Assembly: GCA_020635235.1 (NCBI GenBank)
Contig: JACKAF010000003.1
Span: 268,051 to 332,050 of the forward strand
DNA: 64,000 nucleotides
From: Pseudobdellovibrionaceae bacterium
GTDB taxonomy: Bacteria; Bdellovibrionota; FAC87; UBA2466; JACKAF01
Direction of reading: 5' to 3'
A program made the position numbers and the translations under genes. This document shows, one piece after another, positions 35,263-44,715 of the stretch (its first letter is position 1; each line of letters opens with the position of its first letter). The notes under the pieces are model-generated. The model was given only the letters and a program-made list of their open reading frames with translations, did not search any database and had not been told where the DNA came from.

Positions 35263-36591
35263 CTACAGTAAGTTCGTCGCGAGTTCAGCGAGCTGCGAAC
35301 GTTCACCCTTCATCAGGGTAGTGTGCGCCGCCAACGGCTCGTTCTTGAAGCGTTCAACGATGTACGACAGGCCGTTACTCGAGGAATCGACATACGGGTT
35401 ATCGATCTGGTAGCAGTCACCGGTCAGCACGACCTTGGTGCCTTCACCCGCGCGCGTGATGATGGTCTTAATCTCGTGCGGTGTCAGGTTCTGGGCCTCG
35501 TCGACAATTAGATACTGGTAGGCAAGGCTGCGGCCACGGATGTAGGTCAGTGGCTCAATGTGCAGCATTCCCTGGCGCATGAGTTCTTGCCAGGCTTTAC
35601 CGGATCGCTTTTTCTCTGGGCGATCCGTTCCGGCAAAGGAAATGATGTAATCAATGTTGTCGAAGATAGGCTGCATCCACGGGTTCAGCTTTTCTTCGAT
35701 CTCGCCTGGAAGATAACCGATATCCTTACCCAAGGGGAAAACGGGACGCGAGACCAGAAGCTTCTGGTACTTGCCTTCATCGATTGTCTTTTGCAGACCG
35801 CAGGCAATGGCCATCAAAGTTTTACCTGTCCCTGCCTTGCCCACCAAGCTGACAAGGGGGACGTCTTCGTCCATTAGCGCGTCGAGTGCAAAGGCCTGCT
35901 CCATGTTTCTGGGCTTGATTCCCCAAACGCCGCCTTCGACGCTTCGGATAGCCACAACTTCCTTGGTGGCGGAATTGTAGCGGCCAAAAGCTTTGTTGTT
36001 CGGATTCTTCTGGTCCTTCAACTCGACATACGAGTTGGGGAAGAGGGCCTTGTCTTCCATCGGAAACCGTTTTTGTCCCTTAAAGTGCTCAATTACATCC
36101 CCGGGCACTTCAAAATGCGTGATGCCACTATAAAGCTCCTCAATGGTGACGCGGCTGGGTTCAAAGTCGACTGAAGTAATACCCAGAGCGTCTGCCTTGA
36201 CACGGAGGTTTACGTCTTTGGTGACAAAGATGACGGGGGTTTTGGGATCGTCTTTGTGGAGTTTGAGAGCGACAGCAAGGATCCGGTGATCGTTGATTGT
36301 AGTCTTAAGGTTTGAAGGGAGCATTTTTTCTGCCCCTTCAAAGAGATCCACAATTAGTTTACCGCCCTTGGCGATGGCGACGCCGTTGGCGAGTGAGCCG
36401 CGCGTTCTTAAGTCATCTAAAAATCGCGAGAAGTGGCGAGCGTTGCGGCCCGTTTCAGTCAGATCCTTTTTGAAGCGGTCCATTTCCTCCAAGACGGTGA
36501 TAGGGACCACAATCGTATTGTCTGCGAATTTGAACAGACACTGCGGATCGTAAAGAATAACACTGGTGTCGAGAACGAATATTTTGCTCAA
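35263..36591 (-). CDS. PIN-domain / PhoH-like ATPase fusion (PhoH2 / YlaK type)
   Basis: The N-terminal PIN domain has IFVLDTSVIL, VLEEMD and TKDVNLRVKA. The PhoH domain has Walker A GKAGTGKT and IVDEAQN. There is an ATGA overlap with rseP. Confidence 0.9.
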   Translation of the reverse strand: MSKIFVLDTSVILYDPQCLFKFADNTIVVPITVLEEMDRFKKDLTETGRNARHFSRFLDDLRTRGSLANGVAIAKGGKLIVDLFEGAEKMLPSNLKTTINDHRILAVALKLHKDDPKTPVIFVTKDVNLRVKADALGITSVDFEPSRVTIEELYSGITHFEVPGDVIEHFKGQKRFPMEDKALFPNSYVELKDQKNPNNKAFGRYNSATKEVVAIRSVEGGVWGIKPRNMEQAFALDALMDEDVPLVSLVGKAGTGKTLMAIACGLQKTIDEGKYQKLLVSRPVFPLGKDIGYLPGEIEEKLNPWMQPIFDNIDYIISFAGTDRPEKKRSGKAWQELMRQGMLHIEPLTYIRGRSLAYQYLIVDEAQNLTPHEIKTIITRAGEGTKVVLTGDCYQIDNPYVDSSSNGLSYIVERFKNEPLAAHTTLMKGERSQLAELATNLL

Positions 36592-38261
36592 TGTAAGATC
36601 ATCCGAGAGATGTCGTTAAATAAGGTCAACCCCACTAGTAAAAGAATGAATACCATTCCCATCTGGTTGGCAATCTCCATCGTTCGGATCGAAACTGGCT
36701 TGCGTTGAACTGCTTCAATGGTGAAGAAGAGCAGATGCCCACCGTCAAGAATGGGAATCGGAAACAGGTTCAAAAGGAACAAGTTGATGCTGATGAGTGC
36801 CATCATCTGCAAGAAAGGGATGATTCCCGCATGCAAACTCTTTCCGGCGACAGACGCAATCAGAACCGGGCCGCCAAGGTTTTTTACGGAAATCTTACCC
36901 ATCACCAGCTTGCCTAGGCTGACGAGCATCCTTTCGGCGAGCTCATTGACCTCACCCACCGAACGCGCAATCAGTGGCCCAAAAGAACGTATTTGGATCT
37001 CCGTGGAGGCCGGCTCGTAGAAGGCGGTCATCGGAGAGAAGCCCACAAGAAACTGCGTAACCGGCGAGCGCGTCAGCGGATCTTCCCGCGTCGTCTCCTT
37101 AGGCGTGAGTTTCAATTCCTCGATTTTGCCATTTCGCTGAATGGTGAGCAGCGCCTGCGCGCCCGCTTTGCCTTGCTCCTGAACGTAGTCGACGATGTTG
37201 TCGAAGTGGTAAACAGGCTTGTCGCCCACTTTCAAAATGCGATCCCCCGCCTGCATGCCGCCCGCTTCCGCTGGGCTGTCAGGGTGGATTTTGGCGACAA
37301 AAACTTCAGACGGAAAGATTCCCAACGTTTCCGGTCGTCCCCAGGATCCGAGCGTCTCGGTCTTGATTTTGGGGAGGTTTAGCGTCGCCGTTTTCTCGGG
37401 CAACGTGGAGGGATCCTCCTGGGACTCGAATGAAGCCGGCCTGCGGTAAGCGATAGTGACGGCTTTTCCCGGTTCCCAGATTTTTTCAAGCACCTCATCG
37501 ATGTCTTCATAAAGTGCTACATTTTCATTTTCGATCCGCCCGACAAGGTCTCCCGTTCGAAGCCCGGCCTGGTAGGCCGCCGATCCTTCGGCAACGCCAA
37601 TCTTTGAGGCCAGCGGCAACAGGGAAATACCATCAAATCCCGCAACCATAACTTCTTCGCCGTATTCATTGCGGGACTTCACTCTGCTGACGGGAACTGG
37701 AATTTTTAGCTCGGTACCGCTTCGTTTAACGGTAACTTCCAAAGTTTCGCCCGCATGCCCGTCCAAACGGGACTCAATTTCCTTCCAGGTTAGAATCGGG
37801 GTGTTGGCGATGGCCGTCACCACATCCTTGGGGCGTAGTCCCGCGTCCCACGAGACGCTGTTAACTTTTACCTGCCCCAGCTGAGCCGCGGCTGTTGGTT
37901 GGCCAGCCCAAAACACTATCGTGAAGAGCATATACGCCAAGAGTAGATTTGCCAGAGGACCCGCGGCCACTATCAAGAAGCGCTTGTAGAGCTTCTGGGT
38001 CGAGAAGGCACGGTGGGCCTCGGCGGCGGGTACTTCCTTGTACGGGTCGTCACCCATCAACTTCACGTAGCCGCCTAGCGGGAAGAGGGAGAGCGCATAT
38101 TCCGTTTCTCCCCACTGCTTTTTGAATAACTTTTTGCCGAAGCCTAGCGAAAAAACCTCGACCCGGACGCCAAAACTTTTGGCCACCAGGAAATGCCCGA
38201 GCTCATGGAAAAAGATGAGCCCCCCAAGTAGTACGATGACTCCGACTGCCGCTGTTATCAC
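36588..38261 (-). CDS. rseP: RIP metalloprotease RseP (M50 site-2 protease) with an extended PDZ region
   Basis: It has the HELGHF zinc motif in TM1 and a C-terminal NLFPIPILDGGH motif. PDZ-like segments lie between them. It is 557 aa, versus 450 aa in E. coli. Confidence 0.9.
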   Translation of the reverse strand: MITAAVGVIVLLGGLIFFHELGHFLVAKSFGVRVEVFSLGFGKKLFKKQWGETEYALSLFPLGGYVKLMGDDPYKEVPAAEAHRAFSTQKLYKRFLIVAAGPLANLLLAYMLFTIVFWAGQPTAAAQLGQVKVNSVSWDAGLRPKDVVTAIANTPILTWKEIESRLDGHAGETLEVTVKRSGTELKIPVPVSRVKSRNEYGEEVMVAGFDGISLLPLASKIGVAEGSAAYQAGLRTGDLVGRIENENVALYEDIDEVLEKIWEPGKAVTIAYRRPASFESQEDPSTLPEKTATLNLPKIKTETLGSWGRPETLGIFPSEVFVAKIHPDSPAEAGGMQAGDRILKVGDKPVYHFDNIVDYVQEQGKAGAQALLTIQRNGKIEELKLTPKETTREDPLTRSPVTQFLVGFSPMTAFYEPASTEIQIRSFGPLIARSVGEVNELAERMLVSLGKLVMGKISVKNLGGPVLIASVAGKSLHAGIIPFLQMMALISINLFLLNLFPIPILDGGHLLFFTIEAVQRKPVSIRTMEIANQMGMVFILLLVGLTLFNDISRMILH

Positions 38262-38364
38262 AAAACCTCCGAGCTTAGGCGTTTATCTTATTATATAGTT
38301 CCCAACCCGCCAACTATCCTTTGGCCTGCTAACTAGTGAGAATCTCAATTTTTAACCCGATGCG

Positions 38365-39507
38365 TTATGGCAACAGAGATTGACCGAGCGCGCGACTTTG
38401 GCTGTCCACAGTGAACACATCCTCAATGCTTAAGATGGGGACGCTCGCGTGAAGGTCCAGGCCTCGCTCAATAAGACGGGGGATCCCCGAGAAAAGTAGC
38501 TTTTTTCCCAAAAAAGCGTGGACGGCGATTTCGTTCAAGGCATTCAGCGCTACCAGGTGACTCGGGCCACTCGCCAAGGCCTCCCGCGCGAGGCGAAGGG
38601 CGGGAAAACGCACTTCGTCCGGCTCCAGAAATTCCAGCTGGGCCATGTCTTTTAAGCTGAGAGCGGGAATCACCGCTTCGAGCCGTTCCGGGTAGGCCAT
38701 TGCGTACCCAATGGAGCAGCGCATGTCGGGTTTGTTGAATTGGGCGATATACGAGTTGTCCTTAAAACACAAAGCCCCGTGGACCAAACTCTGCGGGTGG
38801 ATCCAGACTTCGATGTCTTTCGCAGGAAAATCAAAAAGGATATGCGCTTCCACCAGTTCAAGGCCCTTGTTCATCAAGGTGGCAGAATCGACAGAAATTT
38901 TCGGACCCATGCTCCAGTTGGGGTGCTTAACCGCGATCTCAGGGGTGACCTCATCCAACGGGAGGTGAGGTTGTCTGAGAAGCGGGCCACCGCTAGCGGT
39001 GAGGACAAGCGATCGAATTTCTTCTCGATTGCGGCCCTGCAACAACTGATAAAGCGCGTTGTGTTCGCTATCGACAGGAATGCAGCGTCCCTTCGAATGC
39101 GCAATTTCTTTTTGCAGGAGCGAGCCCGCCGTAATGATGGACTCTTTGTTTGCGAGCGCGACGTCTTTGCCCGCGCGCACGGCCGCCAATGTGGGTGCTA
39201 AGGCCGCAAAACCCAGAATACCCATTACAATCAGATCGGCTTCTTCCAAAGCGGCTACGGCTTCCAGACCTTCACGCCCACACAGAACCTTGAGACTAGG
39301 GTACCAACGCTGCATTTGCTCGGCGTCAGACTCTTCGGCGACCACGGCGTAGCTTGGCTCGTAGCGGGCGACCTGCTGTTTTAGTAAATCGAGATTCTTT
39401 CCGGCGGTTAGGGCCAGGACTCTAAAACGATTGGGAAACTGATCTACAATCTGGAGCGTTTGTGTGCCGATCGAACCCGTCGATCCCATTACGCAGATTG
39501 ATTTCAC
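38365..39507 (-). CDS. dxr: 1-deoxy-D-xylulose 5-phosphate reductoisomerase
   Basis: It has MGSTGSIGTQTL and the Dxr-type stretches LANKESII and DSEHNA. The start is GTG, sharing one nucleotide with the cdsA stop. Confidence 0.95.
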   Translation of the reverse strand: MKSICVMGSTGSIGTQTLQIVDQFPNRFRVLALTAGKNLDLLKQQVARYEPSYAVVAEESDAEQMQRWYPSLKVLCGREGLEAVAALEEADLIVMGILGFAALAPTLAAVRAGKDVALANKESIITAGSLLQKEIAHSKGRCIPVDSEHNALYQLLQGRNREEIRSLVLTASGGPLLRQPHLPLDEVTPEIAVKHPNWSMGPKISVDSATLMNKGLELVEAHILFDFPAKDIEVWIHPQSLVHGALCFKDNSYIAQFNKPDMRCSIGYAMAYPERLEAVIPALSLKDMAQLEFLEPDEVRFPALRLAREALASGPSHLVALNALNEIAVHAFLGKKLLFSGIPRLIERGLDLHASVPILSIEDVFTVDSQSRALGQSLLP

Positions 39508-40328
39508 TAGATCGTCCCCCAGAACTTCAGCAAGTAGCCGTAGAAAAATGGCGAGGCGAGCGCCAGGCCATCCACTCTATCCAAAAGCCCGCCGTGGCCA
39601 GGCAAAAAACTTCCGGAGTCTTTTATGGACTGGCTGCGCTTGAGGAGAGATTCAAATAGGTCCCCCACTTGCGCCAACACGCTAATGGCCGGCGCGATCG
39701 CAAGTAGGTGCCAAGGGATGCCGCTCTCCGTACGGAAGTCGATCACCCAATAGTACCAAGCGCACGGCAACAGGATTGAAGCGATGATGGCCGCAATACT
39801 CCCTTCCCAAGACTTTTTGGGACTGATGTTCGGGGCGAGGGGGTGTTTTCCGAAGCGCGATCCGACGAAATAGGCGGCGGTATCCCCACCAAAAACAATG
39901 AGCGCCAAAAGGAGAAGGAAGTACCGTCCATGCGGCAGGTCCACTATGGGCGTGAGAAACCCGCAAAGACCGACGACATAGGTGTAGCCGAGCCACTCCA
40001 GAGCGATCGCACGTACCGCGCTCTCTGTGTCCGATTGATCGCGCCAGTAAAGAATTTGGGCCACACAATAGAAGACAAAGCTGCCCCATAGAAAAATCCA
40101 TCCCCAGACACCGCCTTGTCGGATGGCAAGAATGGAAAGCGCAATGAGTAAGGCCATTCGAAATCGACGACTGGCAGATTCAACGCGGAAAAAGAGCCTA
40201 TCAAATTCCACGTAGGCCAGAGTGGCCAGAGAAATCACAACGGCCAGCACGATCGAAGTAGAGCCCTTGAAAAGAAGAAGCAAAAAGAGCGCGAGCAAAA
40301 CCAGGCCGGTTATGATTCGTTGTTTCAT
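39507..40328 (-). CDS. cdsA: phosphatidate cytidylyltransferase
   Basis: It is a polytopic membrane protein with the C-terminal CTP-transferase signature SLLKRSQSIKDSGSFLPGHGGLLDRVD. Confidence 0.9.
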   Translation of the reverse strand: MKQRIITGLVLLALFLLLLFKGSTSIVLAVVISLATLAYVEFDRLFFRVESASRRFRMALLIALSILAIRQGGVWGWIFLWGSFVFYCVAQILYWRDQSDTESAVRAIALEWLGYTYVVGLCGFLTPIVDLPHGRYFLLLLALIVFGGDTAAYFVGSRFGKHPLAPNISPKKSWEGSIAAIIASILLPCAWYYWVIDFRTESGIPWHLLAIAPAISVLAQVGDLFESLLKRSQSIKDSGSFLPGHGGLLDRVDGLALASPFFYGYLLKFWGTI

Positions 40329-41119
40329 GACAGTCCCTGTTCCGGACGCGCGGGTGCCACCTGTTCCGAGGTTTTTCCAAAGCGCCGTTCCCTTTCGCCA
40401 AACTCAGTGATGGCTTCGTGAAGCGCTTTAGGCCCAAAGTCCGGCCATAGAGTTTCCGTAATATACAGTTCAGCGTACGCTGCCTGCCACAACAAAAAAT
40501 TGCTGATGCGGAACTCGCCACCGGAGCGGATAAGCAGATCCGGATCCGGGATTTGAGGCTGGTAGAGGGCTTTTCGGAACTCGTCCTCGGAAAGACCGTC
40601 CAGATTGATTTCACCTGCCAGTGCCCGGCGGGCGAGTGCTTTGGCACTATCGAGGATCTCGGTGCGTCCCCCGTACGACAGGCTCAAATTGAGGACCATG
40701 CGCGGCTGAAATTCAGACGTCAGTCGCATCACATGGTAAAGGGATTTCTGCACCCGGTCTGGCAACCGATCCAGCGTTCCCTGTGCCGTGAGTGCCACGC
40801 GCTCATTAACCAGTTTTTTTTCCATGGCTTTTAGGTAGTGCACCAAAATGCGCATTAGCATGCTCACTTCGGATTCCGGGCGGTTCCAGTTCTCGGTAGA
40901 AAAGGCATAGAGGGTCAGGTATTCCACTCCGAGTCGAGCGCACTCCGTGGTGATTTCGTCAACGCGTCTCGCGCCCTCCCAGTGACCGCGGATGCGGTGG
41001 TAACCGCGCTGTTTCGCCCACCGGCCGTTTCCGTCCATTATGATGGCAATATGCCGCGGAAGGCGCGGGAAAAGCTTGCGATCGTGTGCCGGATCGACAA
41101 TGGGAGGACGGAAAGTCAT
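40325..41119 (-). CDS. uppS: di-trans,poly-cis-undecaprenyl-diphosphate synthase
   Basis: It has HIAIIMDGNGRWA, FSTENWNRP and IRSGGEFRISNFLLWQ motifs. Confidence 0.95.
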   Translation of the reverse strand: MTFRPPIVDPAHDRKLFPRLPRHIAIIMDGNGRWAKQRGYHRIRGHWEGARRVDEITTECARLGVEYLTLYAFSTENWNRPESEVSMLMRILVHYLKAMEKKLVNERVALTAQGTLDRLPDRVQKSLYHVMRLTSEFQPRMVLNLSLSYGGRTEILDSAKALARRALAGEINLDGLSEDEFRKALYQPQIPDPDLLIRSGGEFRISNFLLWQAAYAELYITETLWPDFGPKALHEAITEFGERERRFGKTSEQVAPARPEQGLS

Positions 41120-41120
41120 C

Positions 41121-41660
41121 TTACAAGGTCATCAATTCATCAGACTTGCTGCCGACCAGATCGTCTACTTGCTTGATGTACTTATCAGTCAGTTTTTGAA
41201 TGTCGTCTTGCGATTTCTTTTTTTCGTCCTCAGTGAGTTCGTCATTCTTGAGGGCGTCTAGTATCTGGCGCCGGATGTTGCGAATCGCCACTTTGGATTC
41301 TTCACCTGAAGCTTTGATCTGTTTTACGAAATCTTTTCGACGATCTTCCGTAAGAGGCGGCAAGTTGATGCGGATAAGCTTACCGTCGTTCATCGGTGTA
41401 AGACCCAAATTGGCCGCCAGAATGGATTTCTCGATGCCGTTGATCAAGCTGATGTCCCAGGGCTGGATCGCGATGGTGCGGGAATCGGGCGTCGACAGCG
41501 CCGCCACTTCTTTGAGCGACATGCTGCTGCCATAGGCGTCCACTTTCACCGAATCAACCATCGAAGTCGCCGCCCTTCCTACGCGGAGCTTGGAAAACTC
41601 CTGCTTTAGGTGCTGCAGCGCTTTGTCCATGTGGCTTTGTCCGTCAGTAAGTGCGCTCAC
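41121..41660 (-). CDS. frr: ribosome recycling factor
   Basis: It shows full-length RRF pattern (LRVGRA..., [13 protein letters not shown]). It sits in the conserved pyrH-frr order. Confidence 0.95.
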   Translation of the reverse strand: MSALTDGQSHMDKALQHLKQEFSKLRVGRAATSMVDSVKVDAYGSSMSLKEVAALSTPDSRTIAIQPWDISLINGIEKSILAANLGLTPMNDGKLIRINLPPLTEDRRKDFVKQIKASGEESKVAIRNIRRQILDALKNDELTEDEKKKSQDDIQKLTDKYIKQVDDLVGSKSDELMTL

Positions 41661-42385
41661 TGTTTTCTCCTTACGATAGTGCCAATGTCGTCCCCAAGGA
41701 TAACGCGTTTAAAGTTGCCCGGGGTGTTCAGATTGAAAACCAAGATAGGCAAGTCGTTGTCCATGCAGAGGGAAATCGCAGTCGAATCCATTACCTTTAG
41801 ATTTTTTTGCAAAACGTCGAGGTAATCCAGTTCTTTGAAAAGCTTGGCGTTGCTATTGATCATCGGATCGTCGGTGTAGACGCCGTCGACCTTGGTCGCC
41901 TTGAGAATAACTTCGCAGCCGATTTCAGTCGCGCGAAGCCCGGCCGCCGTATCGGTTGTAAAGTATGGGCTTCCGGTTCCGGCAGCAAAAATAATCACGC
42001 GCTGTTTTTCTAAATGCCGGATGGCACGGCGTCGAATGTACGGCTCACAGACCTGGGGCATTTCAATCGCTGACATTACTCGCGTGTATACCCCAAGCTT
42101 CTCAAGGCAGTCTTGCAAGGCAAGGCTATTGATGACCGTGGCCAGCATCCCCATTTGGTCTGCGGCACTGCGCTCCATTTGCCTGCCCGTTTCGCCGAGT
42201 CCCCGGAAGATGTTGCCACCCCCGATGACGATAGCTACCTCGGAGCCTAGTTCGTGTACTTCTTTTATCTCGTTGGCGATGCGGTCGATGGTTGGGGCGT
42301 CGATCCCAAATTCCTTGCCGCCGGCCAGGGCCTCGCCGCTCAGTTTTAGCAGGATGCGTTTATAGCGAACTTCTCCGGCTCCCAT
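41657..42385 (-). CDS. pyrH: UMP kinase
   Basis: It has [21 protein letters not shown] and [13 protein letters not shown] motifs. Confidence 0.95.
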   Translation of the reverse strand: MGAGEVRYKRILLKLSGEALAGGKEFGIDAPTIDRIANEIKEVHELGSEVAIVIGGGNIFRGLGETGRQMERSAADQMGMLATVINSLALQDCLEKLGVYTRVMSAIEMPQVCEPYIRRRAIRHLEKQRVIIFAAGTGSPYFTTDTAAGLRATEIGCEVILKATKVDGVYTDDPMINSNAKLFKELDYLDVLQKNLKVMDSTAISLCMDNDLPILVFNLNTPGNFKRVILGDDIGTIVRRKQ

Positions 42386-42424
42386 TCTTTCCTTCCTGCC
42401 ATTCGGCGAGTTGCCCGGTAAGGC

Positions 42425-43027
42425 TCAGGCTTCTTGTCCAGGGAGTTTTTCACCGACTTGAAAGCGGGAAAAACGGCGGACAGTGATGTTTTCACCGAGC
42501 TTACCGATGTGTTCTTTGATCAAAGTCTCAATGTTCTTCTTGGGTTCTTTGACGTACGGCTGCTCCATCAGGCAAATGTCCTGGAAGAACTTCTTGATCT
42601 GTCCGTCTAGGATCTTGTCGATGACCTGTGCCGGTTTGCCTTCCTTAAGAGCCACTTCACGCAGAACGGATTTTTCCTTTTCCACCACATCCGCTGGAAC
42701 AGCGTCGGCGTTTAGGAACTGCGGACTGGAAGCAGCAATTTGCAGCGAGATCTCATGCGCCAACTTCTGGAAGTCATCCGTTTTGGCGACGAAGTCTGTT
42801 TCGCAGTTGAGCTCGAGAAGCACGCCAATTTTGCCGTTGCCGTGGATGTACGACTGAATCAAACCTTCGGCGGCCGCGCGTCCAGAGCGCTTGGCAGCTT
42901 TGGCAATTCCCTGCTTGCGCAGGTATTCTGCCGCTTTCTCAACGTCATTGGAGCATTCAAGCAGCGCCTTTTTGCAATCCATCATGCCGGCGCCGGTTTT
43001 TTCTCGCAATTCCTTGATTAGGTCCAT
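42425..43027 (-). CDS. tsf: translation elongation factor Ts (short, about 200 aa form)
   Basis: The ATG at 43027 starts MDLIKELREKTGAGMMDCKKAL, the canonical EF-Ts UBA-like N-terminus. The K/R-rich upstream part of the ORF overlaps the rpsB tail in another frame and is not credible. Confidence 0.9.
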   Translation of the reverse strand: MDLIKELREKTGAGMMDCKKALLECSNDVEKAAEYLRKQGIAKAAKRSGRAAAEGLIQSYIHGNGKIGVLLELNCETDFVAKTDDFQKLAHEISLQIAASSPQFLNADAVPADVVEKEKSVLREVALKEGKPAQVIDKILDGQIKKFFQDICLMEQPYVKEPKKNIETLIKEHIGKLGENITVRRFSRFQVGEKLPGQEA

Positions 43028-43037
43028 GCTCACGGGC

Positions 43038-44033
43038 TTACTCCTTATCCTTGGCTTTTTTCTTCTTTTTCGCGGGCTTTTTGTCTTCCGCTGCCTTGCC
43101 TTCTTCTCCAGCCTTGGCTTCAACGGCTTCTTCCGCTTCACCTTCTTCAGCAGGGGCCGCGGCAACTTCCTCTTCTTCGCCGGCGTCATCACGGTAGTCG
43201 ATTTCCGTCGGGATCTTCAAGTTGCGGCGAACAACGCGCTCAACTACAGGGCCTGCGGGAGCCGCAGCTTCTGCCGCTTCTCCTTTTTCTTCTTCCTTGG
43301 CCGCTGGCGCCGCAGCAGGTGCGGGAGCGTGCTGGCGCATTCGCTGTTCGTAGGCGGCTCCACCTTCGGCACAAGCGTCGGCGATCAAATTTGCAAAAAG
43401 AGTGACCGACTTAATCGCGTCATCGTTACCGGGAATCACATAATCGATGGGATCCGGATCGCAATTCGTATCGACAAGCGCGACCACCGGGATGCCCAAA
43501 CGGTTGGCTTCACGGACGGCATTCTTTTCGATCTGCGGATCAATCACAAAAAGTGCGGCAGGGTGCGCCTTCATGTCGCGAAGACCACCGAGGTTTAGTT
43601 CCAATTTCTTACGCTTACGCTCCAAACGTACCGTCTCCTTCTTCGGAAGCATCTGGTACGTGCCGTCTTCCTTCATACGTTCGATGTTTTCGAGCCGTTC
43701 GATTCCGCTACGGATGGTCGTGAAGTTAGTGAGCGTTCCGCCCAGCCAACGTTCCGAAACGTACGGCATACCGGCGCGGATAGCCGCTTCTTTCAAAACT
43801 GATTTCGCCTGCTTCTTTGTGGCAACGAAAAGCACTTTGCCGCCACCACTGACGACCTTCTTCAGGAAGTTGCACGCTTCACGCGCGTGGGTGACCGTCT
43901 TTTCCAAATCAATAATATAGATGCCGTTACGAGGGGCAAAAATGTAGCGGCGCATTTTGGGATTCCAACGATGGGTTTGGTGGCCATAGTGGACCCCAGC
44001 AGACAACATGTTACGCATGGAAATTTCAGGCAT
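43038..44033 (-). CDS. rpsB: 30S ribosomal protein S2 with a ~97-aa acidic/Ala-rich, Lys-terminated C-terminal extension
   Basis: It starts [19 protein letters not shown] and has the full S2 core. The tail reads ...[13 protein letters not shown]...[14 protein letters not shown]. Confidence 0.95.
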   Translation of the reverse strand: MPEISMRNMLSAGVHYGHQTHRWNPKMRRYIFAPRNGIYIIDLEKTVTHAREACNFLKKVVSGGGKVLFVATKKQAKSVLKEAAIRAGMPYVSERWLGGTLTNFTTIRSGIERLENIERMKEDGTYQMLPKKETVRLERKRKKLELNLGGLRDMKAHPAALFVIDPQIEKNAVREANRLGIPVVALVDTNCDPDPIDYVIPGNDDAIKSVTLFANLIADACAEGGAAYEQRMRQHAPAPAAAPAAKEEEKGEAAEAAAPAGPVVERVVRRNLKIPTEIDYRDDAGEEEEVAAAPAEEGEAEEAVEAKAGEEGKAAEDKKPAKKKKKAKDKE

Positions 44034-44131
44034 GATTCCTCCGGTTTAGCCTCCGCCCTCGTTGTGCTCTACCCGTTTGGGTAAAGACCAGAGATGTTGA
44101 GGGCGTGTGTATTCAATCCTGAGAGTGGGTA

Positions 44132-44701
44132 TCACGGCCCAGGAGGAGCCGCAAGGGTAAATTCGTCAATGATTTCATATTTTGGGCCCCGCCCGGATGA
44201 AACGCTCTCAAAGAGAAAAAAAGCGTCACACGAAAGCTCTAGGGCTGGGACTTCAATCTGCGGGAAGCGTGTCGGGCGATTGAATCGCATCAGAGAGACA
44301 TGTGGCCGGTACTCCCGAGACTCCAAGGGTATTTCTGATTGATGAAGGGCCAGCCCAGTGGATTTCCACAGCTTTTCAAGGCCGCTAGAGACCTCGCCCC
44401 CGATTCCGGCCACTCGGCAGTGGGTGGGACTTGGAAAAGCCACTGGCCTATCGAGTGGTTGGCGCACCGGCGCTTCGGGCGGCATTGCCCTAAAGCCCGC
44501 GCGAAACCGTTCGATCCCCTCTGAAGTGGCGGGGCCGATAAAATGGAGGGTCAAATGGAAGTTGAGGGGGGAGATAGCCCTCGCTTTGGACTTTACACCG
44601 CTCTTTTCGAGGGCCGCACTAAAAGCCTGTTGGATCGCCTCCAGATCTTTTACTATTTCGGGCTGGGGCAGGACCCCTAGAAATAATCGTTGGTATCGCA
44701 T
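44132..44701 (-). CDS. thpR: RNA 2',3'-cyclic phosphodiesterase (2H phosphoesterase, LigT/ThpR)
   Basis: It has two HxT/S motifs (HLTLHF and HVSLMR). The start is most likely the ATG at 44701 (MRYQRLFLGV). Alternatives are ATG 44722 and TTG 44731. Confidence 0.8.
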   Translation of the reverse strand: MRYQRLFLGVLPQPEIVKDLEAIQQAFSAALEKSGVKSKARAISPLNFHLTLHFIGPATSEGIERFRAGFRAMPPEAPVRQPLDRPVAFPSPTHCRVAGIGGEVSSGLEKLWKSTGLALHQSEIPLESREYRPHVSLMRFNRPTRFPQIEVPALELSCDAFFLFESVSSGRGPKYEIIDEFTLAAPPGP

Positions 44702-44715
44702 CCTTAGGAGTGTGC

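Noticed and set aside
42891-43598. A 235-aa plus-strand ORF antisense to tsf/rpsB, and the K/R-rich 55-aa N-terminal extension of the tsf ORF (43028-43192).
   Set aside because: Both are by-products of the GA/GC-rich low-complexity DNA encoding the S2 acidic tail. EF-Ts has its canonical MDLIKELREKTGAG start at 43027, 10 nt after the rpsB stop.
44034-44131. The rpsB 5' leader, considered as an S2-binding autoregulatory structure.
   Set aside because: The 98-nt leader is long enough, but I could not identify a convincing pseudoknot or a conserved motif by eye. I have no basis for a call without covariation data.
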